64,000 nucleotides of DNA, taken from assembly GCF_009914755.1 (NCBI RefSeq), contig NC_060930.1; one strand, written 5' to 3'. The DNA comes from the human T2T-CHM13v2.0 reference genome, Homo sapiens. Under the pieces are notes generated by a model that had not been told where the DNA came from, ran no database searches, and worked only from the letters and a program-made list of their open reading frames with translations. The position numbers and the translations under genes are program-made. This document shows, piece after piece, positions 12,871 through 28,460 of the stretch. Position 1 is the first letter of the stretch, and each line of letters opens with the position of its first letter.

Positions 12871-15800
12871 CAAACATTAACCAGCTATTATGGCTCAGCT
12901 GCTAGGAACACACTATATAAATTACCATCTTTTCCCCTCAAATTGCTCACAAGTCAGTCGTGGAGACAAATGAATGATGACTTCTGAATCAGAAAAAGGT
13001 AAGTAGTATTTCAGTATAATGCAAACACAGAGAATTGGCCTGGGGAAACTGGGGCAGTTTCAGTACAGGGGACAGTGCTTCTGGCTGGGTCCAGAAGGAG
13101 TTGGAGGAATTTGCCAGGTGAATGATGGGGACTCTGACAGAGTATATTTCATCCTGGGAAGTGAATCTGCAATGCATTATTGGGAGTCTTCAAGTCATCA
13201 ATGAGAATTTTAAGTTTGACTTTTACTTTCAGGATAATCTTTTTAAAGTTACTTTTAAGTTTATTCATTCAACTTATCACTGGACACTGCTGTACAATTT
13301 CAGGGTTCACATTTTCAAATGCATTTATTATCACAGGATACCAAGAAACACTTTAACTATCTTTTGCCACGCAGGAATTCAGGCCCAGAATGTGGAGAGA
13401 GATTCTAATTTCTAGATTATAATACAAGTTGGAAATTCAGCGTTTCATGTGAAATGTTCTAATTTTTAAATGTTGGCAACTAATTTTTTTTCAACATTGT
13501 CCATGGTAACAAAACAAAAACACAGGTCACATGTTTGCAGCTCCTGTTCTTTGGGTTTCAGGGTCATTAACAAGGTATTGTTTTCCACCCAGTGGCCATG
13601 TAGTTTTACTGCAGTTTGAAGGGCTTCAAGGAAATTTGCTTCCTGCAGTGCTGACCTTGAAACCCCCAACATGTAAAGCCCACCAAAAAGGACAAGGGCC
13701 TAACGAGGAATTCAGCAGGAGAGAAGAGGTGGTCTGGCCACTGGGTTGAGCTTGCACCACGGGCAAGCCGGTTCTGGAGCAGCCCAGGAATGAGGGGTAA
13801 AGCCCATCAGAACACAGTCGTGGCGCTCTGCTTCGGGATACGTGGCTGAGCTTGTGGAAGGGGAACCATCTCATAGCTCAAGCAAGGGTGTCAGTGAGCA
13901 GTGGTTGAACGCAGGATGTGTTCGACTGCAGTATCATATGGCTGCCACCACAGCAGTGATTGTCATGGAGACTGGAATTTTTGGTTTTCTCTACTGGGTT
14001 GTGAAAGTGATGCTTTTTTGAGTGAGAAAATCCTTTTGATTTGGCAAATTTGGAGGTCTGGATGAGGAGAGGGCTAAAGAGGGAGAAAATGGATTGTGGC
14101 AGAGGTTGCTAGTTGCTTCTCTTTAACATCTGTTTTCCTTCTTTTCCTTAGTATTAGCATTCTCCAGTTTTCAGCCGGGCACACAGCCACCTCCAGGTGA
14201 CTGTATCACTAAATGCCTTTTAAAGGGCAGAAGAAAACTAATTTTTAAAAAGTTCAACAGCATCAATAATTTCACCTATTTATATTTTAAATCAGCAATC
14301 AGTGTGAAAACTCTAAAAAGGTCTAAAGGCATTACCTTGGTAGTTCCCAAAACTAGAGCAGCAGAGCAAGAGCCAAAACCTCCTCCGGTACGAAATTTGC
14401 AAAAATAATAGTTGACAGGTAAAATGTCACCCTTTTTAAAATTCTCTGAACAAAGAAGGCTATCATTTGTCTTACATCTAATCAAAAACATTTTGTAAAA
14501 TTATGATACAGAGTCTCCTCTGTAGGGAGGGTACAGGTAGGCTTGTAGAATTAGAGAGACATGGATTCCAATGAGCAAATGAGATTACTTGACAAGAGAA
14601 CAGACAGAATTAATAAGACTGGCTCTTGCCGCATCCTTGGTGGTTTAGGGACATGGTTCTGATAGAGTTCAAAGCTCTTGCATGAGGCAAATTGGTAAAT
14701 ATTCGGCCTGACACTTCTTGCACAATCATCTTAAATTCTAAAGCAGTAAAAAAAAGCTAAGACTATTCCATTCTTGTGACTTTTTGATGTTTTCCAAATT
14801 GAGTTTTAACAGAAATAATAGCAAATGTGAACATTCAAAGTCAATCTCTATACCAATAGCACCCCTCAGCCCAGCTTCCTTCTCTGTCTATTTAGACTTG
14901 TTCTGATAGATATTTCAAGGGTGATCTCAATTGTACTCATGGAAAATAGCATTTCTGGGAAAGATTTCTACAAGGCTGAATTCTTCCTGTTGACTAATTC
15001 TCCTACATATAGTATTTCCATGTATAGCAGCAACTTCATCCACAGTTGCTCAGATAATTTTAAACGCCACTTAAAGGTTTAACAGGAACACTTTTGGTCC
15101 CATCTGTGGGGGTGGGAGGGCTAGGCTCTAAGAACAGAATTAAACTCATATTTTGAAGTGTAGTATGCAAATCAGGTTGCCAAAACAACTGCTTCTGTGA
15201 CTCTTAGAAGAGATTTAAGATGGAGCCAAGAGTTGAGACAAAGGCTAAAGAGATCAGAGAATGAGAATCGAGGATTCCTAAGGTGAAAGTTTTTGAAGGA
15301 TTGTGGCATTTTCCCATTCTTTTGGTGAGGGAAGAAGTGTGCTTCCCCTCTTCTTAATCCAAGTGAGAAAGACTTTGGGGGAGTCACATAAGGAACTTGA
15401 TCTATGTCCTCTGGAATTCAGTGGACTAGTGTCTGAACTCTGAGGATGGCTGTTCAGGTTGTACAATGCACAACTCTAGAAGGTCCCATTCACATAGACA
15501 ACAATGTTTAGAAATCTGCAAACTATATTTGGAGACTCTGGGTGTCTGACTCTCCTAGAGGTAAGCTATGGTGGTTGGAGCTGCAGTTAGTTAATTGCAA
15601 AGAGGAAAACAAGGGCACTAGGAGCAAGTTGGAGTTTCACCAACAATGAGACAAGGATGTGAGAGTTTTTCAGCTTGGCCACGTGGGTCCATGTAAGGAA
15701 ACCAGCCTGAAGCCTTCTTGAGAAGGTCCTTAGGGGAAAAAAACCTAGAGAGGACCCCTCCAACTGAAAGCCAGAGGGCTGGGTGTTGGCAGTGAAAGTG

Positions 15801-17039
15801 GCCAGGCATTGGAGTGGCTGTCCTCATCATGGACAGTGCAGTGGGGATTTCCCATGGGGCAAAGAACCCCATGAGAGTCCACCCTGAGCACTCAACCTCA
15901 ATGAGCAGCAACGCCAGATCACAGAGGTTCCGTCCATGTGCCCTTTGCATAACCCCAGCCCTGGGCCCAGTCCTGGAGGGAATAGAAAGACAGCTTGTGA
16001 GGGGAAGCATCGGAAGAGGAAAAGATGCCAACCATGCCCTAAGCCCCCAGCCCCAGACTCCCAAGACCCTCACTCTAGGCTTGTAGGCCAAAGTCAGGTG
16101 TCAGCCCAGGGAGGGTAAAAAATTTGGAATTTGGTTATTACACTAAATTGAACATTTTAATTACTAAAATAAGACTTCTGTTAAGACCAAAGGTGAGCTC
16201 AGGATATTTAAAACCTTTAAGTGACTGGGAGATCTGCTTGAGACTTCATATAAGAACAGGGAAAGAATCAGCCCATTCAGTAGGTATAAAGGAGGAGGGA
16301 CTGGGGAGGAGTCGATATTGCTCTCTTTGTAGCCTGTTGAGCTCCAAACCTTCAGTAAGCAGGCCTGAAGCATTTTATTTTAACGTGAGATATATAAATG
16401 TACACTTATCCCCAATCTTTTGATGTAGAGCCAAGACCTTTTGTGCAAGCACAGGCAACTGATCTTTCTTAAACTCACCCACAAAACAGCAACTATGAGT
16501 TCCAATTTTGGCTTCCTCACATTGGATTGAAAATGTTAAGAAATTTGCAAAACAACCCAAATATAGTTTAAAATGTATACGATTCATTTTCTCTTGTCTT
16601 CTACAGTTGTCTCACCCACACCCGTTTTTTGAAATGAAAATGGGTGTGGGTGAGACAACTGTAAAAGGCCTTTTGAAAGCATTTAGTTTAGTGGTTCATA
16701 GAAACAACCACTCTTTTTATACTCATATGTCATTGGTTTACATAATATTTAATTAAATTATGTAACTCAGCAACAAGTACTATTGGCATAAACAGCAGAG
16801 CACATGCCCAGCTGACCCTTGGTAAAGGCACGCTTGAATTTGTGGGAGCAGAAGCACATGGCTGTACTGGAGAGTAGCCCGCTCATGGTGAGCTTTCCAT
16901 GTGTCCTGATCATCCGTCTCCAGATCTTACTGAGAGACAGAGCATGCAGGATTATCTAGGGAGCTGGTAAATGGACAACAATCTACTGAGGCGCCATTAT
17001 TTTAGGTCCAATATTTGAGATGTAAACACCATCATAAAA

Positions 17040-17220
17040 GCTACCATTGACTGAGTATCTACCATGTGCCAGGCAGGGCACTGGGCACTTTACACACACT
17101 TTAAATGAATAAAACCTCATTTAGCTTTCACAGATAATACTTTCCTTCATTTTACAGTTGAGGAAACTGAAATGTACAGAAATTAAATAACTTACTCTAG
17201 GTCACGTAGGCAATAAATGA
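17040..17220 (-). mobile_element. MIR
   Basis: accatgtgccaggc...cattttacagttgaggaaactga...aggtcacgtag. Confidence 0.8.
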
Positions 17221-17225
17221 ATAAT

Positions 17226-17385
17226 CAGTGCTTCTCAAACTCTAAAGTGCAAACAAATCACCAGGGGGGTATTATTTAAATGAAAACTTTGAAATAGTAG
17301 GTCTGGGGTGGGGCCTGAGATTTTGCACTTCTAAGAAGCGCCCAGATACTGTTGCTGCTGCTGGTCTGCAGACCAAATCTTGAAA
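17226..17385. mobile_element. MER5A/MER5A1 hAT-Charlie
   Basis: cagtgcttctcaaact...agtaggtctggggtggggcctgagattttgcacttcta. Confidence 0.85.
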
Positions 17386-17589
17386 ATCCTGATATCCTAA
17401 CTTAACTGCTCTGAGATGGAGCCCAGGCATCCCTGTTTTCTAAAAGCTCTCCAGGAATCTTTCGTAAACAGAGTGGAGATAATTGTTCCTCCAGGAAAGG
17501 CAGAAAAGTTGTGGAAGTGGATTGACTTAGTGATACTTGGTTTCAAACACCTTAATTTTTAAAAAAATGTGTTTTAAAAATACAGTAGT

Positions 17590-17900
<311 letters not shown>

Positions 17901-18625
17901 TAGTAATGAATTTGAACCAATATACAAGTTTATAAAATAAAAGGTAAAAATCTTCCTCCTTTAACAAGAGTTTTTGAAAATAAAATATAATCAAGCTATT
18001 TACTGCACACACTTATGCAACAATTTTCTAACTCCATGATGTATCATACATTTCTTTTGTAGTAAGTATACACTACTATAATCTGCTTCATCTTACTTCA
18101 TCCTTATTGATAATGCATTGTATTCCATAGCACAATGAAACCATAATTTATCTATTCCTTCATAGGTGGGCATTAAGCTGACTCTAATTTTTTTCAGTTT
18201 TACAGATAATGCTTTGTGCATATATCCATGGGCATGTGTATAAGTCATTCTGTAGAATCAACTTCTAGATGTGAAATTGCTGGTTTATTTAAAAAGCTAT
18301 TCTCAAATACAAGGTTCACTGAATTACACTTGTGCCATCATATATAAAAATGCCTCCTTTCCTCCACCACCTTGAAATACTGGGTATTATCAATCTTTTG
18401 TGTATTAAGCAATACAATATATGAAAGGTGGTTCTCAATGATTCTTAATTTGTGTGTCATGAATGCATGAGGATGAAAATCTTTTAATATGTGCATTAGA
18501 CTTAATATTTCTTCTTTTATGGCTTGTATGTCTATATCCTTTTGCCCTGTTAGTTATTTGGTTGCTTATCTATTTTATATTATTTGTCTCTTATATATGC
18601 TGCAAATGTCATCCTCCCAGCCTAA

Positions 18626-18928
<303 letters not shown>

Positions 18929-19735
18929 TACGGTTCACTTTTTAAATTTATTTTACAATATTTTACAGAATTGTTTCATTTCTTTATGTCAAGTCTGTCA
19001 ATTTTCTTCCATGATTTATTTCTGTTTTACTTCTTATTTAGGAAAGACTTCCTCATCCTCAAATTATAAAATACATATCCCTGTTTTTTCCATCTGTCAC
19101 TCATTAATTCATGTGATCATTAATCCTTATGCAAAATATATTCTGTATATAAAGTAGAATTATGACTTGAAGTTAGAGGGGTTTTTTTGTGTCTTTTACT
19201 CCCAAATACCATCCTCAGCACCATTCGTTGAACAGACCATCATTAATCCTGGATTTGAAATGCCCTCTTTATTAAACGATAGAAGTCTCATCATTAAATT
19301 TATTAAACGATAGAAATGTCATATGCACAAGTCTCATCTTCTCCTTTCATCCCTTTTCTTCCATGCCTGCCTCAAGTTGTTTTAATTTCTGTAGTTTTAT
19401 AGAACTTCTGGAAAGACCAGTCTGTTATTATTTTTTAGTTTTTCTTCCTTTTTTAAAACCAAATTTTTTTTCTACTTTTCTTTAGATGAATTTCAAATGC
19501 CCATATCCGGTTCTAAAGCAAAGTTGCATTGGAATTTTTACTGAAATTTTATTCTAATGATCCACTAGTATGGGGAAAATTGACATCTTTATAGTATTGA
19601 ATGTTCCATGCAGAAACAAGGTATGTCACTTCATTTATTCAGATAAAATATTTTATATAGTCTTCACAAATGTAGATTTGCACATAACAAGAGTTAGGTT
19701 TATTCCTGGATTAATATATATAAGGGAATAAATAA

Positions 19736-20058
<323 letters not shown>

Positions 20059-20071
20059 TATATTTATCTTC

Positions 20072-20164
20072 ATATATATATTTACATATATACACAAATA
20101 CATATACACATATTTATATATATACATATATTTACATATGTACTATATATGTAAATATATATAT
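20072..20164 (+). repeat. (TA)/(CATA) low-complexity tract
   Basis: Direct read. Confidence 0.85.
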
Positions 20165-21129
20165 CCTTTTCCAAATCATCATTCTAACTGATTATTGCTG
20201 ATATATGATAGCTACTACTTTAAAAGTATTTTTCTTCCAATTAAGCGGCTTACCAGAGTCTCATAAGATCTAATCATTTTATGAATTATCTTTGGAGCTA
20301 TAGAGCTTTTATTTGGCAAAATTCATTTATTAAAAATTCTACTTTCAACTATGAAGCTAATAAGCACTCAATAAAGAAAATTAGAAATCTAGAAAAAAAT
20401 TACCCCAACAACTGATAACGACTAGTATCATTTTGCTTGCATCAGTTTTCATTCTTTTTATATTGCATAATTTCTTTTACATAATTGTAATCACACAGTA
20501 TAACTAACTGGGTGTACTTTCTAAAAGAATAAATGCCTTCAATATGCAAAGCTCTTTTGCTGGGAGTTTGTTTTATAAGGAGCTGTGTGCTTCTCACTAA
20601 TGTGCAGAAATGCTAATGTAAGTTCTGCTACTGAGAGTTACTGAGTTCAGTTTGGTCCCTTCTTTTGCTGCAGGCCTGGCTTGGTGACATTTCTACCACC
20701 CAATTATAGTTCAGCGAACAATCTCTCTCTCTTTGCACCACACATAGCTGCTGACCTCACTGCACACTCAGCCGTTCCATTTTAGGCTTCAGCCAGAATC
20801 ACTCTTACAGCACAGGTGAGGTGGAGATTGCTAGGGGTTTACAATTCCATTTAGAACGCTGAATAGATCTCGATCCACATAATTGAGATTTCTTAAGATA
20901 ATTTTCTAAGAACATTTCTCATGTGACTTGTTTACACAAGTGTGTACACAGTTTGGGTTTGGATGGGTTGATTTGCTTTTTCTTCTGGATTAAAATTTTA
21001 TATCCTCACTTGTTCATTTTGTTACCTATATGAAATACTCTTTCTTTCCATAACTTTCTACTTATTCACCTTAACAGAGGATTTCTCTGCCTTCTTATAT
21101 AAAATAGAAACCCCAGCTCTAATTCCCCT

Positions 21130-21550
21130 GGCCAGACCCACCTCAGGCTTATTCAGGGCTGGACAAAGGTAAAAATGGAGGCCCATATATCCTATGTCTA
21201 AGGTCCAGTAGGGCTTCATGAATGCACATGTTAACACCTCAGTCAGTCCGTCCTAGCGCCCTCAACATGCCTCTTCCAAAAGCTGCCTTTGACTTCCCAC
21301 GGGGCCTACAGGCACACAGACCTGTGGTGAGCTTCATTTTGAAAGGATGAGGCCAATCAGGCCCTCTCTTAGTGCAGGTAATTCCATGATCCTGGGCAAC
21401 TTGGAGCATAATTGTCAGGCAGTGCTGTGGGCTACATGTGGGCATGTGTCCTTCGCTCTCAGAATTCCAGCTCCGTGAGGGGGGGTCATGGCTGGAGGAG
21501 GCATGTGCGGGGCCCAGGGCTCCTTTTGCCTGTATCTAAGGGTCTTGCCC
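21130..21550. mobile_element. hAT-Tip100 relic (MER115/Zaphod-like)
   Basis: aaaaatggaggcccatatatcctatgtctaa resembles recalled MER115; ends approximate. Confidence 0.5.
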
Positions 21551-21607
21551 ATTGGCACACCCTATTTCCCTTGCTTGACCAGGTAGTTTTCCATTGTAAT
21601 TATCACC

Positions 21608-21609
21608 AT

Positions 21610-21644
<35 letters not shown>

Positions 21645-21650
21645 TTATTT
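21608..21650 (+). repeat. (TTTA)n microsatellite
   Basis: Direct read. Confidence 0.9.
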
Positions 21651-22008
21651 GTCTCTTACTAAAGCAAGCTCCACAAGGGAAAGAACTTAATTTTGTTCAC
21701 AACTTTACTCGTAGCACTTAGAAGTGCTTTGATCAGGAAATAATAAATACTTTTCAAGTAAGTGAATGAATGGATTCTGAACTATTGTGAATAACATATA
21801 TAGCATTAGTAGAGGGGATAACACAGAAATTATGTGTCTGAAAATTTACTCCTCTTTGTGAGATAGCAACAGACAATATAATTAAATATGTCAACAGACA
21901 GAACTGTGCATTATATTCCCTATTTCTTCACATCTGTCGTTCCCTAGTTAAATGCTCTAATTTCTATATAACATTAACTGGTGAAGTTGTGAGAATTAAA
22001 CAAGATAG

Positions 22009-22158
<150 letters not shown>

Positions 22159-22240
22159 TGATTTTTTTCTTATTGTCCCAGTTCATTTGCCAAAAGTCCA
22201 AGCTTTCCCATTTGTTAGAAATGCTTCTTTACTAAAATAA

Positions 22241-22613
<373 letters not shown>

Positions 22614-22614
22614 T

Positions 22615-23400
22615 ACCACACTATATTAATTATAACAGCTTTAGAGTATGTTATGATATCTGGAGGACAATTGACACCTCACTGTTTTTTCTCTGTCAAA
22701 GTTTATTTGTCTAGTCTTGTGAATTTTATCTTCCATGTTAACTTTACAATCATCTTAAAAAATTCTCTAAAGTAACCTGCTTATAATTCTGATTGGCATT
22801 ATATTTACTTCACTGATTGATTTGTGACATGTTGACATTTTGAATATTGAAGCAGCCAGTCTTTTTATTAGGTCTTCCTTTTGTTCTTCAACAAAGTTTC
22901 ATAATTAAAATAATACAATGTGCATTTGCTATTGGTGTGGTTTTGTGACTTTTAATTTTTTACTACAGAATCTTTCTTCCACTACTTTATCTAGTTGATT
23001 ATTGCTGGTGTAGCAAATATTTCTAGCCTCCTCCCAACAACTATTCTCTTCTTCCATTCCACCCTTTCTTTTCCTTTCCAACTATAAGATTACCTTTTCC
23101 AAACTCTCTTAACCATGTGACTAAATGAGTTGTTCTGGGAAATTTACAGTGAGACTTCTAGGAAGTCTCCTTTAATGGGAAAAAATTCATGCTTCATTGT
23201 GAAGTCCTTATTAGTGGTAGATGAGTAATTATTTTTGTTTTCTCCTATGGTTATTGTTCTAGTTACTATTCTGTCTTTTTGAGTTAATCTTAATAATTTA
23301 TGTTTTTCTAGATAATTGATAAAAATATATAGATTTATAAACTTATTGGTATTAAGTTGACTATAGTATGTTCTTGTAATTGTCTACTTCTCCACTGTCC
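22615..23400 (-). mobile_element. Ancient L1M fragments
   Basis: gctttagagtatgttatgatatctgg, attctgattggcatt, ttgattattgctggtgtag. Confidence 0.55.
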
Positions 23401-25564
23401 TTGTAGTTATAGACTCCATTCTTCTTTTGGTCTCCCTTGCATTACTCATAAAGTCTAAATAATCAAAATTATTAGTCCATACAGCAGATTGACTGTCACA
23501 CTAAGATCATAGAACCTAAGTTCTGAATTAATATGTATTAAAAAGGGCCAAATCAAGAAATATCAGTTACTGAGAAACTTTGGTAGGCACACACAATAGT
23601 TCAACCCAAGCTTTCTCCTAACTCTCTCATGCTACTGACTAAGTCCTGCTCTATTATACAAGCATTGATGATTATTTTTTAGTCTACACAGAGGATATAT
23701 GGGAAAAAAATGTTGATTTTTTTTTAAAAGACAAAAGTGTGCCTTACTTGCAGAACAGGCATTATGTAAGGTAAACATCATATTGGTCCATATCACAAAA
23801 TCAATTTGAAAAGTTAAAATTATAATATTTTGTGTGAATTATTTTCAGATCTGTATTTGTACAAATATACAGAATCTGTTTCTTCAAATATGTGTAGAAA
23901 TATATGCTATAAATATCTTCCATACACATACGCACGAGCATGAGTTTTACATACTGAGTATGGCTTGCGTTCCTGACTCCAACTCACAATTTATGTGATA
24001 TCCAAACTGTTTTAATTTATCCATAGAAATAATGCAATGAATGTGACAAGCCTATGATGAATGAGATGTCAACATGATGGCGGTGACATGATACAAAAAA
24101 CTCCAACATGTACATCGAATTGTACGTATACGGTTGAGAGATGATCCAATTTACAGAACAGATATTTTTCAGTGGGACTTGTTTGGTCTTTTCATTGACA
24201 CCAAACATTAAAATAGCAGTAGCACGAAGCCACTGTCATCTAAAAGTTTGAACCTGAAAAGCTTACCTTCAAAGTGCACATTTAACCCCAGAATGTTCTT
24301 AACAAGGTCATAAGAGAAAATCTTAGGTGTTTCATGTGTTCAAACACAATAAAAAGCTTCAAGAAGAATTTTATCCTGGTAAAGGAGATTTCAGTTTCTT
24401 GGTCACAAGGAAAAATTCTTTGGCACTAAATAGCACTTGCTCATTACCATATATAAAACCGTTAGGGGTGAGTATGGAGATGCCCTTATCTATAAATTGT
24501 TTAGTATCACTTTCTTTAGTATTTAAATTATTTAACCATCTAATTGAAATATCAATAAATACTTTCTTCGTCCTAGTCACTTTTTACCCTCCTACTTTGT
24601 AAACATCCTAGAAGCCCCATATTCTAATATTTATATGTTTTGAGGTTACTGAGGACTACCTGCATTGCAATAAAATTAACACCTATGATGTACTTTCCAA
24701 TGCTTACTCTATTTCACCCCTTGCCACCTCTTGCCAGTGGGTGGCTGTCTCTTGGGAGAACTATCAGAAAGACAGTCAGTCCTAGTAAACTTCCACGTTC
24801 CCCACCATTCAAGGGATAGTTATGTATCCTGCCACGCCAAATGGTGGATGTGTAGGGTGTTCCTCTGCTGCTCCCTCTCAGCCCTGCCATCTCTCTCAAT
24901 TCTCCTTTCCCTGAGTCAGCTTGGATAGATCTATTGAAACAGAGAAAAGAGAATCAAAACTCCCTTTCTGCCCAGAGTTTGGGGAGAGGAGACTACCTTC
25001 CCCTGTGCTACCTGATTGTCTTCGTATAATGATTGGGATTGGGGTGGGTGGGTTGGGGCACAAAAACTGGTTCTTCAATTGGTGTTACTCTATCAGATCT
25101 GTGGCTGGCTTCAGCTGCTAGATGTAGGGTGTAGTAGTGCCTTTTTTCCACCTCTTTGAGCCTTAGCAAAATTCTCTACAACAGGAGAAAGCATTTGCCT
25201 AATATCCTATTACTCTGGTACAATACCTATCACTTTGTGAGTTGGGAGGGTGAAATCTGGGGTGTGAGGAAGTGTTTGTGAGTCTTTCAGGCATGAGAAG
25301 TAGATGATTTTACAATGTAGCTGCACTCACACAAGGGACTAACACCAGGAGTAAACTTGGGATGTGAGCCTGGGCCTTGCTCAAGTGGAAATGAGCTGAT
25401 ATGTCTGCAAATGGCAGCTAAAATGTTCAGTTAAGATGAGGCTTTTGCCATTTGGAAGTGGGCCAACCTCAATAAATGGCTGTGCACCTGTTTATCAGAA
25501 GAATCTTAAAATGATAATACCAAGAGAGCAGAAATATTTACACAGTTGAATAAGTCAGGGTGAG

Positions 25565-25608
25565 GTTTTTGTTGTTGTTGTTGTTGTTTTGTTTTGTTTT
25601 GTTTTTTT
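25565..25608 (+). repeat. (TTG)n/(TTTTG)n microsatellite
   Basis: Direct read. Confidence 0.9.
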
Positions 25609-26329
25609 CCTTCAAGTCAGTTAAATAGGCTTTTACTTTTTGTTTCAATTGTAAAGGGTCTCAATTCTTAGTGTAACTACATAGGACTTGACGTGTAATA
25701 AGTGGTGAGCTGAGCTTTAGATTTGCATACCTAAAAACACTGCATAGAGCATGCTCAGACCTGTACTTTACAAAAGCAGCAACAAGGTAATCATTTCTAA
25801 GGAGCTGACTGGACTGAGTATATCCCCTACTAATAGCAGACTCCAGAAGAGTCCTTAGAATCTGTGCCGCTCCTCTCCAGCAAGTAAAATTTTCAGTTGA
25901 GAGTGCTGAGCAGTACAGCTGGACAGAGTTTAACAAGGACAAGACATTCCCAAGCCTTATCCTGGCTATTTCCTATGAATTTCTAGATTAGCACAAATTG
26001 AGAACCGAAACTATTTGCTCACAGCTGGCACTGAGCTAAGGCATCTTCATTTGTTGCAAATGCCTGCCAATACTAAAAAAAGAATTCATTTCACCAGTAG
26101 CTTAGATTACTGATTAAGTAGGTTCCAATTTAAGCTGTTTTAAACAACCACACTAAAATTAACCAAATAGCTATGTTACTTTAAAATAGTGCCTGAAACA
26201 TATAGGCAATCAATAAACATGTGCTCGATGGGAGAATAAAGCTTTGATATTTATGAGATAAGCAGGGAGATACAATGAGAAGATTGGAAGAGCTATTGGA
26301 TTTAATGCCTGTGACTTGAGGTTCTGCTA

Positions 26330-27012
26330 ATACCAGCCCATGTGAAAACAGCATTCATTCAGTTCCTCAATCCTAATACCCAACAGTGATTCTGAATGAC
26401 TCACTTTCTTCCCCCAACCCAACAATCTTTCAGCAAGTCCTGCCAGGTCTACCTCCAAAATATAACAAATTTGCCTATTTTCTCCAACTCCACTGCCCCA
26501 GACTCCCTGCTGCCATTCACACGCACTTAGCAGACACATAGAAAGTTCCATGTCATTTCTCTGTTACCTTCCTCCAGTGGTCCTATTGTCAGGGTCCGCA
26601 TAGCCCTTCATGATCCGATCTCTGCCTCCTTTGCTCACCTCCTTTTGTGCCTTCTCCTGTCTTGTCTAATGCATTGCAGACATACTGGCCTGGTTTTTTT
26701 CCTCAAACATGACCTGTGGCCTTTGCATTTGGTGTTCCCTGTGCCTTGAATATTCCTTGTATGGCTTGCTGCTACTTCTCACCCAGGTCATGGCTCAAAT
26801 ATCATCTCTTTTGAGATGCCCTCCCTGGCCTCCTTAGTCCATGCTCAATCACTCTTCATTGGACTAGCATGCTTTACTCTCCACAGAGCACCTACCACAA
26901 TCTGCCATTCTTCGTGTACTGTGTCCCTCTAATACAGTGACCTTATCTGTCTTATTCATCTCTGTATCCCCAGCACTTACTTTTTTCTCAATTAATAGTT
27001 GTTGAGTGAATA
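26330..27012 (+). mobile_element. L2 3' region
   Basis: cagcaagtcctgccaggtctacctccaaaatata...ctctgtatccccagcac...gttgagtgaataaa. Confidence 0.8.
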
Positions 27013-27830
27013 AAGTAGATGTTACCTTTTCTCTATTGTTTTCTTTTATTTGGATTGCAACCAAAAAAAGTCCGAGAGGGCCCCATGTGGCACTTGGTAG
27101 GAAATCGAGATCACCTGTTCCCATCCCTTTACTTTGGGATGGGGAAGCAGATGCTGGAGTTCCACGTGACTTGCTCGATGTCACTCAACCCACCAGGGAA
27201 GAGTCCAGAATAAAGCCAGGTGTCATGATTGAATCTGGCTCCCTCTTTACAAAAACTGTGGGCAGAGCCAGCTCTAAGACAGTCGGATTTTGTGGCTAAG
27301 TAAACAGTAAAAAGGAATGTATGATAAAAGGTGGAAGGAGAGGCAGAGGAAAAAGCATCTATAAGACCTCTTAAAACAACAGGGATGGGTGAAAAGATCG
27401 TGTAATAAATAAAGGAAACTATGTGTGTGGTTCTATGTCATGTACCCCACAACAGACAATGTATGTAGAGAGGGTGTGGTGGTTGCTGCGGGACAACAGA
27501 AATGGAAGGCACTGGACCAGCCTCGGGAGGGCACACCCTATCTGCAACATTCACATTCACTTCCTAAATGCTTTGCTGGACACATGCTAACATTTTTAAG
27601 GGGTTGGATTCAGCCCATAGAGCCCGTGAGAGAATCCTGACTTAAATCCTCAAATTTGGGGTTGATGCTTGGGTAACATATACCACATCTATGATGAATT
27701 TAAATTGTGGTCCAGTGCTGAGCAGGAGAGGCTTCTAAGTCGTCTTTTCTTTCTCTCAAAGTCTTGCCCAGGATATGGCAAATAAGGGACTTAAAGTGAC
27801 TCAAGCAAAGATAAGAAGAGAAGGCTGGCA

Positions 27831-28115
<285 letters not shown>

Positions 28116-28396
28116 GAGAGACAGAGAGAGAAAAGCAATGTGGGCTCTCCACAAACACACCTGTGCACACATACCCCATTCTTTTTCTCCATATGCGCTC
28201 CAGGCTGTGACAGATGATGTCCGGGCCCTGAAGACTGTCAATTACACTAGGAAGAAGTCATCGTTGGTCTCAGGTGGAATCCCAGAATTTGTAATTATAT
28301 TAGGAAGGAATTCCAGGATTAGGTTGGAGAGCAAGGTCAAGGGAAAAAGTCAGGGGCAAGGGTTCTCAGGCATTCATGTCAAGGACGGCTATAGTG

Positions 28397-28460
28397 AGAG
28401 GAATCAAAAGAGTAGAATGTCATTAAATAGAGGAATCAAAAGGGTAGAATGTCATTAAAT
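28397..28460 (+). repeat. 32-bp tandem duplication
   Basis: agaggaatcaaaag(a/g)gtagaatgtcattaaat x2, one mismatch. Confidence 0.95.

Noticed and set aside
15618-16118. 157-aa and overlapping ORFs in a purine/GC-rich stretch
   Set aside because: No recognisable domain or exon structure. Possibly an old LTR that I cannot assign.
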